64,000 nucleotides of DNA from NCBI GenBank assembly GCA_963668315.1, contig OY764216.1, positions 320,001-384,000 of the forward strand, given 5' to 3'. The first letter of the stretch is position 1; the number at the start of each line of letters is the position of its first letter. Source of the DNA: Spirochaetia bacterium (GTDB lineage: Bacteria > Spirochaetota > Spirochaetia > DSM-2461). The position numbers were made by a program, and so were the translations under genes. This document shows, in pieces, positions 36,389 to 46,559 of the stretch. Below the pieces are notes generated by a model. The model saw nothing but the letters and a program-made list of their open reading frames with translations, ran no database searches and was not told the origin of the DNA.

Positions 36389-37908
36389 TAACCTCTCTCC
36401 CTGAGCAGTTCCTCTAGTACGGCCTGCTCGTTCCAGGGATGGGGTCCGTCGGAGTAGATAATGGATGATTCATGTCCCTTGCCCAGGGCGACAACCATGT
36501 CTCCCTCTCCCGCCAGATCCAGAGCCTTTTTCAAAGCCTTCCTCCGATCGGGAATAAGGAAAAGAGTTTCGTCCCTAACCTTGTCATTTATGCCGAAGGC
36601 GATATCTTCCAGAATGGCCATGGGGTCTTCCAGACGGGGATCCTCATCGGCCAGAATGATGATGTCGCCAAAATCATCGGCAATCTCACCCTGGTCGCTT
36701 CTCTTCTCCACATCCCTCTCTCCGGCCGAACCGAAGACAATAATCATCTTTCCTTCGGTCAGCTTCTTGAGCGCGGGAAGCACCTTCTCGAAAGAACCGG
36801 GAGAATGGGCGTAATCCACTATGACATCGTAGGGCTGTTTGCCCTTCAGCCGGGTCATCCGGCCCTTCACACCCTTCAGCTTGGCCACATGGGGCGCCAG
36901 ATCCAGAACCTCGATGCCCAGGATTTCGGCGGAAACCATCATGGCGGCCATAAGATTTTCTATATTGACCAGGGAAGGAACATTCAAAGTCAGTTTCTTC
37001 TTCTCGCCCGGCGTATGAAGCATAAAGGTCGTCCCGTCCACACCGGCGTCAAAGCCGTCGGCGTATACATCGGAATCCTTGTTCTTCATACTGTAAAGGT
37101 AAATGGGAACTTCCCCGGCGGCTTTGATAAAGAAGTCGCTGTTGGGATCGTCCCTGTTCACCACGCCGAACAGAAAGGAATCGTCCGTATACCGGTCGGA
37201 GAGCATGCGGAACAGGGTGCACTTATCTTCCCGGTACTGCTCGAAGGTTCCGTGGAACTCCAGATGCTCATGGGTCAGATTGGTAAAGACCGCCGCATCG
37301 AACTCCACATCGCCCAGACGGTTGTTCCTCGGACTCAGGCCGTGACTCGTCGCTTCGATAACGGCATATTCCATGCCGTTGTCCACCATCTCCCGCATGA
37401 TGCGCTGAATCTCCGGCGCTTCGGGGGTGGACTGGCGGAAGGGATTGGCCACCACGTCCCCGCCGGCCTTATAACAGACGGTGGAAAGAAACCCGCAGGA
37501 CTCCCCCTCGGCCTCGATCAGCTGCTGAACAAAGGATACGGTGGTGCTTTTCCCGTCGGTTCCCGTAACGCCGATCACACTCATCTCCCGGCTGGGATAA
37601 TCATAGAAGGCGGCGGAAAAGGGAGAAAGAGCCTTGCGGGTGTCCTTGACCCGCACGTAATAGGGCCCGGGTTTTCTCTCCATACCGGGGTCGGAATACA
37701 CAATGACCGACGCCCCCAGCTCAATGGCCATGTCCAGATAGTTATGGCCGTCCGTATGTACCCCTTTCAGGGCGAAAAAGGCGAAATCCTTATCCACGTG
37801 CCGGCTGTCATATACGATGCCCCTTATTTCGGGATCGCCCGTCCCCAGAATCTCGATTACGTCGATACTGTCCTGGATCTGGGATAATTTTTTTATTCTC
37901 TCACTCAT
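36385..37908 (-). CDS. murE: UDP-MurNAc-tripeptide synthetase
   Basis: YDSR, GVTGTDGKST, TPE, EATSHGL, FTNLTHEHL.FH, VDYAH, GERD..KR, GKGHE. Has DEDPR in place of the DAP-type DNPR, so amino-acid specificity is uncertain. Confidence 0.95.
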   Translation of the reverse strand: MSERIKKLSQIQDSIDVIEILGTGDPEIRGIVYDSRHVDKDFAFFALKGVHTDGHNYLDMAIELGASVIVYSDPGMERKPGPYYVRVKDTRKALSPFSAAFYDYPSREMSVIGVTGTDGKSTTVSFVQQLIEAEGESCGFLSTVCYKAGGDVVANPFRQSTPEAPEIQRIMREMVDNGMEYAVIEATSHGLSPRNNRLGDVEFDAAVFTNLTHEHLEFHGTFEQYREDKCTLFRMLSDRYTDDSFLFGVVNRDDPNSDFFIKAAGEVPIYLYSMKNKDSDVYADGFDAGVDGTTFMLHTPGEKKKLTLNVPSLVNIENLMAAMMVSAEILGIEVLDLAPHVAKLKGVKGRMTRLKGKQPYDVIVDYAHSPGSFEKVLPALKKLTEGKMIIVFGSAGERDVEKRSDQGEIADDFGDIIILADEDPRLEDPMAILEDIAFGINDKVRDETLFLIPDRRKALKKALDLAGEGDMVVALGKGHESSIIYSDGPHPWNEQAVLEELLRERGY

Positions 37909-37961
37909 TCTCTATTTCTACCATGAAATCGGCCAAAACACAAGGAAAGCCTTACATCCGA

Positions 37962-38162
37962 CACGTATATTCCGCACCAACGCCGGGATTGGGGGGCTTC
38001 CCCCTCAGGGGGAACCGGGCCGCCGCTTGTACTCCTCGGCCGGCGAGCCGCCCTGCGGGGTGGCCGCTCTGTCCCTGCCCCGGACGCATGGGCGAGCAGC
38101 AAACCGGGCACGGTTTGTGACCAGCCCCGGACGCATGGGCGAGCAGCAAACCGGGCACGTAT
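37962..38162. repeat. GC-rich palindromic intergenic element containing two identical 36-bp direct repeats
   Basis: GCCCCGGACGCATGGGCGAGCAGCAAACCGGGCACG at 38077-38112 and 38124-38159, plus the hairpins CCCC-TCA-GGGG and CCGCCC-TGCG-GGGTGG. Confidence 0.75.
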
Positions 38163-38211
38163 GGATTTTCCGGAAGAACGGGGCTATAGTATAATAAAAG
38201 AAGGATCACCA

Positions 38212-38910
38212 ATGAAACTTCTCAAACCCCGGGTTTATCTGTTCCTCACCCTCTTGATCGGTGTCACGGCACTCCTGCTTGTTCTGACCCTGAAAAGGCC
38301 GGCGACACCGGAACCCGACCTCCTCGGCATCATTCTCTGGACAATCGTCGCCGTATTGAGCGAATCCCTGTCCGTGTACTACGTTAACGGAACGTTCTTC
38401 GTCTCCCCCATCGAAGCGGTCTTCTATGCCGCCTACCTCTCCTGCGGCCCCCTCACAGCGGCCGTTTCCATCTCCCTGACGTTTCTCCTGATCGTGACCC
38501 GAGACGAAAACCGCTACCGCCACATATTCAACACTCCCCTCCGGTATATTCTCTTCAATATCTTCCACTTCATGCTCATCATGCTTATCCTTGACGGCTT
38601 TCTTACTCTCTCCCAAGCCCTTCTCCCCTCCCTGCGGATTCTACCGGTCCTTGCGGCGGCCCCCCTCTTCTTCACTCTGTCCTGCCTGATTAACGCCGCC
38701 CTGTACAAGGTGGAAGACGGCGAATCTTTTACCGCCGCCTTCAAAGAGATGTTTGATCCCTATTACCAGACAGCCTTTCCCGCCAGCCTGGCGGCAGTCA
38801 TAATCGGATTCGCCTATCTGCGGTACGGACTGCTTTCCATCCTCATCATGATCACTCCCCTCCTCGTTACCCTGATTACGATTAAAGCCCAGGTACGGGA
38901 CAGCCGATGA
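38212..38910 (+). CDS. Hypothetical polytopic membrane protein (MASE-like sensor module)
   Basis: About 7 hydrophobic segments. AAGGA SD before ATG 38212. No cytoplasmic output domain. Confidence 0.7.
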   Translation: MKLLKPRVYLFLTLLIGVTALLLVLTLKRPATPEPDLLGIILWTIVAVLSESLSVYYVNGTFFVSPIEAVFYAAYLSCGPLTAAVSISLTFLLIVTRDENRYRHIFNTPLRYILFNIFHFMLIMLILDGFLTLSQALLPSLRILPVLAAAPLFFTLSCLINAALYKVEDGESFTAAFKEMFDPYYQTAFPASLAAVIIGFAYLRYGLLSILIMITPLLVTLITIKAQVRDSR

Positions 38911-40748
38911 TACTCCTTCTGGTGCTCTACACATCACTGCCCGTTCTTCTCACAGCCCTATCCATCGGAAATACAGGCACAGCCTTCTACGGCGGATTGG
39001 GCCTCTTTCTTTTACAGACAACGGCGGAGGTCCTCATTTTCCGGTCGAGAAACAGACGCCGGCTCATTCCGGGAGCGGTTCTCTTTTTTACCATCCTAGC
39101 AGGAGCCGTTACTGTTGCCGCCATGAGACTTGACCCGTCCTATCTGCTCCTTCTCCTAGACCTCTATCCCGGCCCTCTGCTTACGGTGTCCTATGTCATT
39201 ATCTACAAGATTTCCCGTCCCCGGGACTTCGGGAAGATTTCCCCGGGATTCAACCGCATCATCATCCTCCTTATTTCCTACGCCGCCTTGCTCCTCATGC
39301 TCCGGTTCCGCAGGATAATTACGGCAACCCCTGCCCCCTCCGTCCGGGATATATTCTTCGCCTTCTACGGAGCCGTGAATCTCCTCCCCCCCATCTACTT
39401 TCTCAGGACGCTGAGAGACAGCTCCCTCACGCGGATTTACAGAAAAGAAGGGAGGATATGGCTCCGGAACGAGGAGATAACCTCCCTTTTCAGCCGGACG
39501 GAGCTCTCCCTCCTGAACCGGGCGTTCAAAGGAGACGGCCGGATTCTCTGCCGGGATCTGGTAGAGGATCTAAACGGCGGGGAGTCTCCGGGAAAATATC
39601 TCTGCCGACCGGGAGAGTGCAAGGCATCCCTCTGCCCGGCCTATGCCGCCATCTACCGCCATATAAAAAGCTTAGACAGGAAAATGGAGAATCTGGGCCT
39701 CGGCATGCTTATGCCCCCGGAAAATAAAAGGGATATCATAACGGAGGGCTGGCTTTTTATCAGGAACAAGGAAGTTCGGATAATGAGAAAACGTTCCTTT
39801 CCCCTGAAGATTCCCGCCGCATACAGCCCGGAGAACAAAACGGAAAAAAGTAAGTTCAGCGCGGCTCTCCCTTTACTTCTCGCCATAGCTTTCACCGGAG
39901 CCTTTGCCCTCTGCTCAGAAGGATTATCCCTGGCCGGTCTCCTTCCGGCACCTCAGCTGCTTTTCCCCCTCACACTTACCACGGCATGCTGTCTGCTTTG
40001 TCCCCTGATGGGACAGCCGAAATGGTCACGGTTCATCCCCACATTGATCCTCCCGCTCCTTTCCTTAAGCCTTATCGGCCCGGCGGGGGAAGCCCAGGCC
40101 CTCTTCCTCTCACTGAAGTCAATCGTCCTATTCATCATCTGCTTTCTAATCCGATTTCCCGCTCTTGAGACTCAGCTCGATTCGGCCCTGCTAAAAGAGC
40201 AAGCTCCCAACGCCCTTTTCTGGCTTATCTGGTTCTACATGATCCTTCTCTCCCTTTTCATTGATCCCCTTTTCACCGATGCGTCGCTTCTCCGAAACAG
40301 CGAAGCTCTGCCCCCGAGCCCTCCGGTTTCGGAACGGCTTCTGCTCTTTCTTCTCTTTGCCCTTTCGGCCGGTTTTTTCAGTTTGTCCCGTAAGGCACTT
40401 ATCGTAAAACAGGAGAAGATTGAATTTAACGGCCGGGTTCTGCCCGAAGGACTGGGGAAAACGGACAGAATAATTTTTCGGGAGTTTATTCAGCGGCGAA
40501 GGCGGCCTTTACACTGCTATGAGATTCTCGAACTGATCAGCCCGGGGAAAAAAGCAAACAGCGGCGATGACTGCAAGCCCAGCTCCTGCCCGTCTTATCA
40601 GAAGATCTACAAAAGAATCCAGACCATAAGAAAATATCTCCAGACAACGGGAATCGGCACGATAGCCAGCCCGGAACGCAAAGTCTCCTCTCACAAGGAG
40701 GGATGGCGCCTGATCCTGTTCGATGACGTTTTCATAAAAAACGATTAA
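38907..40748 (+). CDS. Membrane protein with two Cys-containing winged-helix-like domains
   Basis: Architecture is [~5 TM + soluble domain] x2. Both soluble domains share C...CK.S.CP.Y..IY..I......L/M...G.G....PE.K......EGW. Confidence 0.72.
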   Translation: MILLLVLYTSLPVLLTALSIGNTGTAFYGGLGLFLLQTTAEVLIFRSRNRRRLIPGAVLFFTILAGAVTVAAMRLDPSYLLLLLDLYPGPLLTVSYVIIYKISRPRDFGKISPGFNRIIILLISYAALLLMLRFRRIITATPAPSVRDIFFAFYGAVNLLPPIYFLRTLRDSSLTRIYRKEGRIWLRNEEITSLFSRTELSLLNRAFKGDGRILCRDLVEDLNGGESPGKYLCRPGECKASLCPAYAAIYRHIKSLDRKMENLGLGMLMPPENKRDIITEGWLFIRNKEVRIMRKRSFPLKIPAAYSPENKTEKSKFSAALPLLLAIAFTGAFALCSEGLSLAGLLPAPQLLFPLTLTTACCLLCPLMGQPKWSRFIPTLILPLLSLSLIGPAGEAQALFLSLKSIVLFIICFLIRFPALETQLDSALLKEQAPNALFWLIWFYMILLSLFIDPLFTDASLLRNSEALPPSPPVSERLLLFLLFALSAGFFSLSRKALIVKQEKIEFNGRVLPEGLGKTDRIIFREFIQRRRRPLHCYEILELISPGKKANSGDDCKPSSCPSYQKIYKRIQTIRKYLQTTGIGTIASPERKVSSHKEGWRLILFDDVFIKND

Positions 40749-40865
40749 ACCGCTCCGAAAACAACTCGTTTCCGTACGATTTCCTGCCCCTCCGACTTGT
40801 TTTTCAAGGGATGATAGGAAACCGGTGCTATGTTGGAAACAGAAATAGTACAAGGCGGTTTAGTT

Positions 40866-42257
40866 ATGAATAAAAAGAAATCCAGCTTAATCCTCGCCAT
40901 TACAGGGGCTTTCTTCCTGGCCGGCTGCCCCGACGGAACATCGACCACGGAACAGCCGGAGCAGAACAATAGCGGCGAGATCACAGACATAACCGAGGAA
41001 AACATTAAAGATATGATTGTTCTTTTTCAGGAATGCACGGAGTGTAAAGAAGTTCATGACGATGCACTCGTCCCCGGTTCGGGAGTGGCCTACAATCAGA
41101 CGACAGAAACCCTTACTTACACCAGCTACGATATATCGGGGCTCTCCTTTAACACGACCGGATTCCAGACTCTCTCGGGAACCGTCTCCCTAAACGGCCC
41201 CGGAGGGGATCTGGCGTTCGACCTGACGGTTACGGGCGCCGTAACCTGGCATATTCAGTTTATCCTGGAAGACTCGAATCCCCTGACTGTCACCATTAAC
41301 GGCACGGTATATAAGATCGATTTTTACGTGGAAGAAGAACCGCAAGAGATGCCGGAGAACTGGTACAACGGTAACGAGGCCCATACGAGCTCGGTGGTTC
41401 ATACGCCCCGCTGGCCCGACGTAAGCCAAAGGATCAGCGTTCCCTCCGACAGCGCCTATTGCTCGGCTTCAAGCGGAGAAGCCCTGGTAGCAAGCGAAAC
41501 CCCCTACGCTGCGGATTTTTCCTACAACGGAAAATCCTACCCCTTCTCCTGCAAGGGATGGGCCGATGTCAATTCCTCCGGTCCGGGAAACGTCTCCATG
41601 CAAGCCGGCTCCCGGCTGAACGTGACGGGCATAAACTTTCTCAACGCCTCTTCGGACATGGAATACCAGGCCTTCGGAACGGCGTTCTATGACGCCTACT
41701 TCTCCGTCCTCTCGGACAATCCGGAAACAACCCGGGTAAAGATGACCTTCTCCGTTTCCTCCGGAGCGCACCTGACCTACTCCATTGACGAAACGAACCA
41801 TTACGCCACGTCCTTCACGTCCTTGACCGCCGACGCCGATATTTACAGAATGGCCTGGAGGAACAGAGAGACGGGCGGCTACTGGTGGGGACCGACGGAC
41901 CACATCGCCGGCGGGGGCTCCGGGGAAGCGGCCGGTTACGCCGTCATAGGATTTACCGATTATTACGGGGGGAGGGGCACGGGAATGTTTCAGGGGCAGA
42001 TAGAGGCCGACAGCGATGACGTCACCGTTACGGGAACGGAAGTCCTGACCTGCGTAATTACCCCCGAAACGGAAATGTTCAGCCTCAGCCTGAGCATCAT
42101 GGCCCGCTCGATTTCGGAATTCACGGGCATACACACCGGCCTGGAAGGGGAAGCCGTAGCAGTTTGCGAAAACGCCGAAATGTCCTACACCTATACAGCC
42201 GTCGATCCGGACCACCCCGATGCGAACATTACCGTAAAGTTCTACCCCGCCCCCTGA
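40866..42257 (+). CDS. Hypothetical lipoprotein
   Basis: MNKKKSSLILAITGAFFLAG-C lipobox. Ser/Thr/Gly-rich beta-type sequence. Confidence 0.8.
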   Translation: MNKKKSSLILAITGAFFLAGCPDGTSTTEQPEQNNSGEITDITEENIKDMIVLFQECTECKEVHDDALVPGSGVAYNQTTETLTYTSYDISGLSFNTTGFQTLSGTVSLNGPGGDLAFDLTVTGAVTWHIQFILEDSNPLTVTINGTVYKIDFYVEEEPQEMPENWYNGNEAHTSSVVHTPRWPDVSQRISVPSDSAYCSASSGEALVASETPYAADFSYNGKSYPFSCKGWADVNSSGPGNVSMQAGSRLNVTGINFLNASSDMEYQAFGTAFYDAYFSVLSDNPETTRVKMTFSVSSGAHLTYSIDETNHYATSFTSLTADADIYRMAWRNRETGGYWWGPTDHIAGGGSGEAAGYAVIGFTDYYGGRGTGMFQGQIEADSDDVTVTGTEVLTCVITPETEMFSLSLSIMARSISEFTGIHTGLEGEAVAVCENAEMSYTYTAVDPDHPDANITVKFYPAP

Positions 42258-42266
42258 GAATTCCCC

Positions 42267-42296
42267 GGCGGGAGCCCCTCCTCCGGGTTCCCCGCC
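42267..42296 (+). terminator. GC-rich hairpin after the lipoprotein gene (weak U-tract)
   Basis: GGCGGGAGCCC-CTCCTCC-GGGTTCCCCGCC followed by ATTT. Confidence 0.5.
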
Positions 42297-42298
42297 AT

Positions 42299-42327
42299 TT
42301 GACACAACCCCCGGGAAATAATAAAAT
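42299..42327 (+). promoter_or_regulatory. Sigma70-type promoter
   Basis: TTGACA (42299-304), 17 bp, TAAAAT (42322-27). ATG follows 10 nt later. Confidence 0.75.
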
Positions 42328-42337
42328 GAACCTGCCT

Positions 42338-43519
42338 ATGAAAGACACCTCACACAAGGGTTTAACTGCGGGAATCGCCCGCTTCTTTTTTATTGTTCCC
42401 CTCCTGTTTCTCGCATCATGCGGGAGCGACAAATTCACCACCCTTGTGAGAAAGGACCTTTTTTCCCTCTCCCTGGGAGTAATGGAAGACGAACTGGACT
42501 ACTATTTCCAGGAAGACCACTTCCTCCCCGGCCGGGGAGATCTCTTCATGAGCGACGGTCTTTTTTATATCAGTTCCTCTTCGATGAGTAAAATCATGGG
42601 TTTCAATTCCTATGGCGACCTCCTGTTCCTTCTCATGGACGATACGAAGAACCCCCCTCCCGAACTGGGAGAAAACGGACGGAATTCCAATAAGCAGTAT
42701 GCCTCCTGGCCTTTCCGCGAAATCGGTCAGATTGCCCTGAACGGAGACACCTTCCTGGTGGAAGACCAGGTCTCCGAAGATAAAAGGGTGTACGATAACG
42801 ACCTTGAATCGCTCTGCTCCCGCATCGTCCTCCGTTTCGACAGAGACGGGAACTACCTGGATTTCCTGGGAAAGGAAGGGATCGGCGGCACGCCGTTCCC
42901 CTACATCAAAGACATTCGGGTAAGGAAAAACGGCGAGTTCCTCGTCCTGTGCCAGGTCAGTCTGGGACAGCAGGTCTTCTGGTACTCCTCCGAGGGCGAG
43001 CTCCTTTACCACATCATCATCGATAACGACAACCTTCCCATGTATGAAGAGGGCTACTGGGGATCTCTGGTCGGCCTGTCCTGCCACCCCGATCAGTATA
43101 AACTCTATATCCTGGCCGATTATTATCCCGATAACCTCGAACTGGTGGAGGACAATTCGGTCCGCCGCCTTTACACCCTTAATCTTGCCGACCAGAAATA
43201 TGACGGGGGCATACGGATCCCGGAAATGATCGTCAGGGCGGAGGGTCAGGAAATAAGATATATCTACGATCTTCTGGGAACAACCGACCAGGGCGTCCAC
43301 CTGCTGCTCTCCAAAACGGGTACGGCGGCCAACTCCCTCATAGCCATCAACGAAGAGGGAAAGATTCTCTTCAACCGGAGCCTGGAGCTTTTCGACAAAC
43401 CGGAACTCTTCACATCCTACTTTCTCTCCGACGAGGGGATGCTCATGGGGCTGACTTTTCTCAATACCGAGGCTCCCGTCTCCTGGTGGAGAAGCGATAA
43501 GCTCCTGAACAGGGACTGA
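42338..43519 (+). CDS. Spirochaete lipoprotein, LIC_12708-like
   Basis: LFLAS-C lipobox. LF.L..G..EDE, KIM.FNSYGDLL and G.EG.GGTPF are recalled motifs of this family. Confidence 0.7.
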   Translation: MKDTSHKGLTAGIARFFFIVPLLFLASCGSDKFTTLVRKDLFSLSLGVMEDELDYYFQEDHFLPGRGDLFMSDGLFYISSSSMSKIMGFNSYGDLLFLLMDDTKNPPPELGENGRNSNKQYASWPFREIGQIALNGDTFLVEDQVSEDKRVYDNDLESLCSRIVLRFDRDGNYLDFLGKEGIGGTPFPYIKDIRVRKNGEFLVLCQVSLGQQVFWYSSEGELLYHIIIDNDNLPMYEEGYWGSLVGLSCHPDQYKLYILADYYPDNLELVEDNSVRRLYTLNLADQKYDGGIRIPEMIVRAEGQEIRYIYDLLGTTDQGVHLLLSKTGTAANSLIAINEEGKILFNRSLELFDKPELFTSYFLSDEGMLMGLTFLNTEAPVSWWRSDKLLNRD

Positions 43520-43521
43520 CG

Positions 43522-44103
43522 GTGAGAAGGAAGAAGCAGCCCGATCCGGTAGACGACTATCTCAAGGCGGAAGGGTTCTTCTACGGCGAAAAAGCCAGAC
43601 GGGAGAGAGAGAGGAATCTCGGCCGCCCTCCGGTGAATACGGTCAGATACGAGCGCTCCGAAAGAAGCCGCCGCCTTGTCTACATGGATCTTATCATTAT
43701 CCTCATCATGATGGGCATCCTGATCCCCTTCGCTCAGAATTATCTGCAGAACCGGGAGAACTACTACGGATACAAGCTGGACTGGGATTACAATTTCGGG
43801 CGCGACCGGGTATACCACACCCTGACGATTAAAGCGCCCGCCGAAGAACCCGATGCGTCCCTGAACGGGGAAAATATAGTAGAAGCGGTTTTCACGGCAA
43901 CGGGAGGAGCGGATCAAACCCTGACGGATCTTCTCCCCTCCCCCGGCGGCGTCAGAATCCTGACGGCCGAAATCCCCCTGGAAAAACTTCCCGACTACGT
44001 CGGCTGTACCGTAAAACTGGGAGACAAGGAGAAGAGCTGGAAAGTCTATACGGGAAAAGTCCGCTACCTGCCCCCTCTCAAAAGACCGGGGGCAGAAGAA
44101 TAG
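43522..44103 (+). CDS. Hypothetical single-pass membrane protein
   Basis: FFY....RER, D..II.I TM. Starts 2 bp after the upstream stop. Confidence 0.7.
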   Translation: MRRKKQPDPVDDYLKAEGFFYGEKARRERERNLGRPPVNTVRYERSERSRRLVYMDLIIILIMMGILIPFAQNYLQNRENYYGYKLDWDYNFGRDRVYHTLTIKAPAEEPDASLNGENIVEAVFTATGGADQTLTDLLPSPGGVRILTAEIPLEKLPDYVGCTVKLGDKEKSWKVYTGKVRYLPPLKRPGAEE

Positions 44104-44156
44104 AAAAGAGGTTCCTTCTCTTGTTTGCTTAGGCCGAATTGTTTATATTAAAATTT

Positions 44157-46559
44157 ATGATTCATCACAAAGAACTGAAACCGGAAGAACTCCGGATAAA
44201 TATCGATCTTTCAGAAAGTATATCAGAAGATTACAGCGACAACAGCTGGGGCGTCATAGGTCAGCCCCGGGCCGTACAGGCCCTGGAAATGGGGCTCTCC
44301 ATAAATGCCAAGGGCTATAATATTTTCGTAACCGGCGAGAGCGGTACAGGCCGCTACACCGCGGTCATGGAGATACTCAAAAAATACAAAGAGAAAAAAG
44401 AACCTCTGGAAGATGTGGCCTATGTCTTCAACTTCGACAAACCGGAAAATCCCCGGGTGATGTATTTTCCCGAGGGTCAGGCCCGTCTTTTCAGGGATAC
44501 CCTGACCTCCCTGGTCGAGCGGATGAAACTGCTCATAGGGGAGAAGCTTAAAAGTGTCGCCTATACCGAGAAAAGAGATAATCTGATCGGAGAAACGGAA
44601 AAAAACGAGAACCGTCAACTGAAAGAGTTCGAAGATGTTCTCGCCAAAGCCGGTTTCTGCACGGTTCAGCTGGGAAATGAAGACGACGGGGATGACCTTT
44701 CTGCCGATCTGGTTCCGGTCTACAAGGACGAGCCCCTGACCTTTGACGAGCTGCACGACCTTATCGGCCAGGAAGGGGAGGAAGGAGAGGAAGTCACCGA
44801 AGAGTTCTGGATGAAAAAGCGGGAGATCTACTTCGGCCTGGTGGACAGGATGAAGGGACTTTACGAAAAACTCCAGAAAGCCCGCCGGACGCTCCAGGAG
44901 AATCTGGAAGAGCTTCAGTCCGAACTGATCGGCCCGGCCCTCAAGCACGAAATGGACATGATCCGTCTGGACTGGAAGGGTGAACAGTACGGCACCTATC
45001 TGAACGGCATGGAAAAGGATATCCTCGCCAACCTCGACATTTTCACCCTGGACGAGGAGGAGGATGAGGAGGAATTGACCGAGGAACTCCGCCGTTACTC
45101 CCTCAATATCATCGTGGACAACAGCAAAACGAAGGAGAGGCCGGTGATCAGGGAAACCAATCCGACCCGCTCCAATCTGTTCGGAACCATCGAGGCCCGT
45201 ACGGAAATTTCCGGCGACACCAAAACCAACTTCACCATGATCCGGGCGGGCTCTCTCCTCAAGGCACGGGGAGGCGTCATCATCCTCCGCGCCGATGACC
45301 TGATTCAGCAGGACAGCGTCTGGAACGATATCAAACGGGTCATCGATACGGGGCAGATAGAACTGGAACTTCCCCCCAATCCGCTCGGGCCTCCCACCGC
45401 GGGAATGAAACCTGAGCCGGTGAACTTCAATACCAAGATCATTCTCATCGGCCAGGAGCGCCTCTACGATATCCTTTCCGCCATAGACGGGGACCTGAGA
45501 AAGTACTTCAAGATACCCGCCGAATTCAATTCCTGGATGCCCCGGTCTGATAAGACGACCGAGGAGTATGTCCGCTTTATCCGCTCCTTCGTGGAAAAAT
45601 ACGGTCTCTGCGAAGTGACGGTTAACGGCCTAAAGGAGATTATCCGCTATGGAATCCTGCTGGCTGAACGGCAGGATCAGCTCTCGACGCGGTTCTCCCT
45701 CATCTCGGATCTGATACGGGAAGCCGACTACTGGGCCAAACAGAACGGCAAGGATAAAATCGACGGAGAAGCGGTTCAGAAAGCTATGGAGTGCCGTCAG
45801 TACCTCTACGATCTCCCTGAGGAAACCATGCTGGAACAGGTGGAAAAGGGAACCCTTCTCATCAGCGTGGAAGGGAAAGAGATCGGTTCGGTGAACGGAC
45901 TGGCCGTTCTGGAAAGGGGAAATTTTTTCTCCTTCGGCTGCACCATGAAAATTACCGCCACCGTGGGAGCCGGTAAAGAGGGAATAATCAACATAGAGAG
46001 GGAAGCCGGCCTTTCCGGAGACATACACAGCAAGGGTATACTTATTCTCGAAGGATACCTCCGGAACCGTTATGCCCGGAATCTGCCCCTCTCCCTGTAT
46101 GCGGGAATCTGCGTGGAACAGAACTATTACGAAATTGAGGGCGACTCGGCCTCTTCTACGGAGCTCTACGCCCTCCTCTCAGCCATCGCCGGAGTTCCCC
46201 TGCGCCAGGACATGGCGGTAACCGGATCGGTGAATCAGTTCGGCGTGATTCAGCCCGTCGGGGGAGTCACCGAGAAAGTGGAAGGGTTCTTCCGGATCTG
46301 CTGCCTCAAAGGTCTGTCGGGAGAACAGGGAGTGATTATCCCCAAACAGAACGTGGAGAATCTGCTGCCTTCGGAAGAGCTTCTGCAGGCCATTGAGAAG
46401 GGGATTTTCCATATCTATCCTGTTACGACAATAGACGAGGGAATGGAGATTCTCACCGGTTATCCTTCGGGCTCTCCCGACAACGGCAAAAGGAAAAACA
46501 GGGGATCGCTTTACGAATTAATCCGGGAGGAACTTATCCATCTGAACAAAATTTCCTGA
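44157..46559 (+). CDS. Lon-like protease (LonC/LonB-type, S16 domain)
   Basis: IGQPRA, YNIFV.G.SGTGR, G.L.KA.GG, NGLAV, catalytic EGDSAS ... EKVEGF dyad. Confidence 0.92.
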   Translation: MIHHKELKPEELRINIDLSESISEDYSDNSWGVIGQPRAVQALEMGLSINAKGYNIFVTGESGTGRYTAVMEILKKYKEKKEPLEDVAYVFNFDKPENPRVMYFPEGQARLFRDTLTSLVERMKLLIGEKLKSVAYTEKRDNLIGETEKNENRQLKEFEDVLAKAGFCTVQLGNEDDGDDLSADLVPVYKDEPLTFDELHDLIGQEGEEGEEVTEEFWMKKREIYFGLVDRMKGLYEKLQKARRTLQENLEELQSELIGPALKHEMDMIRLDWKGEQYGTYLNGMEKDILANLDIFTLDEEEDEEELTEELRRYSLNIIVDNSKTKERPVIRETNPTRSNLFGTIEARTEISGDTKTNFTMIRAGSLLKARGGVIILRADDLIQQDSVWNDIKRVIDTGQIELELPPNPLGPPTAGMKPEPVNFNTKIILIGQERLYDILSAIDGDLRKYFKIPAEFNSWMPRSDKTTEEYVRFIRSFVEKYGLCEVTVNGLKEIIRYGILLAERQDQLSTRFSLISDLIREADYWAKQNGKDKIDGEAVQKAMECRQYLYDLPEETMLEQVEKGTLLISVEGKEIGSVNGLAVLERGNFFSFGCTMKITATVGAGKEGIINIEREAGLSGDIHSKGILILEGYLRNRYARNLPLSLYAGICVEQNYYEIEGDSASSTELYALLSAIAGVPLRQDMAVTGSVNQFGVIQPVGGVTEKVEGFFRICCLKGLSGEQGVIIPKQNVENLLPSEELLQAIEKGIFHIYPVTTIDEGMEILTGYPSGSPDNGKRKNRGSLYELIREELIHLNKIS

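Noticed and set aside
38077..38159. 36-bp direct repeats as a CRISPR array
   Set aside because: Only two units, an 11-bp spacer that is far too short, and no cas genes in the window.
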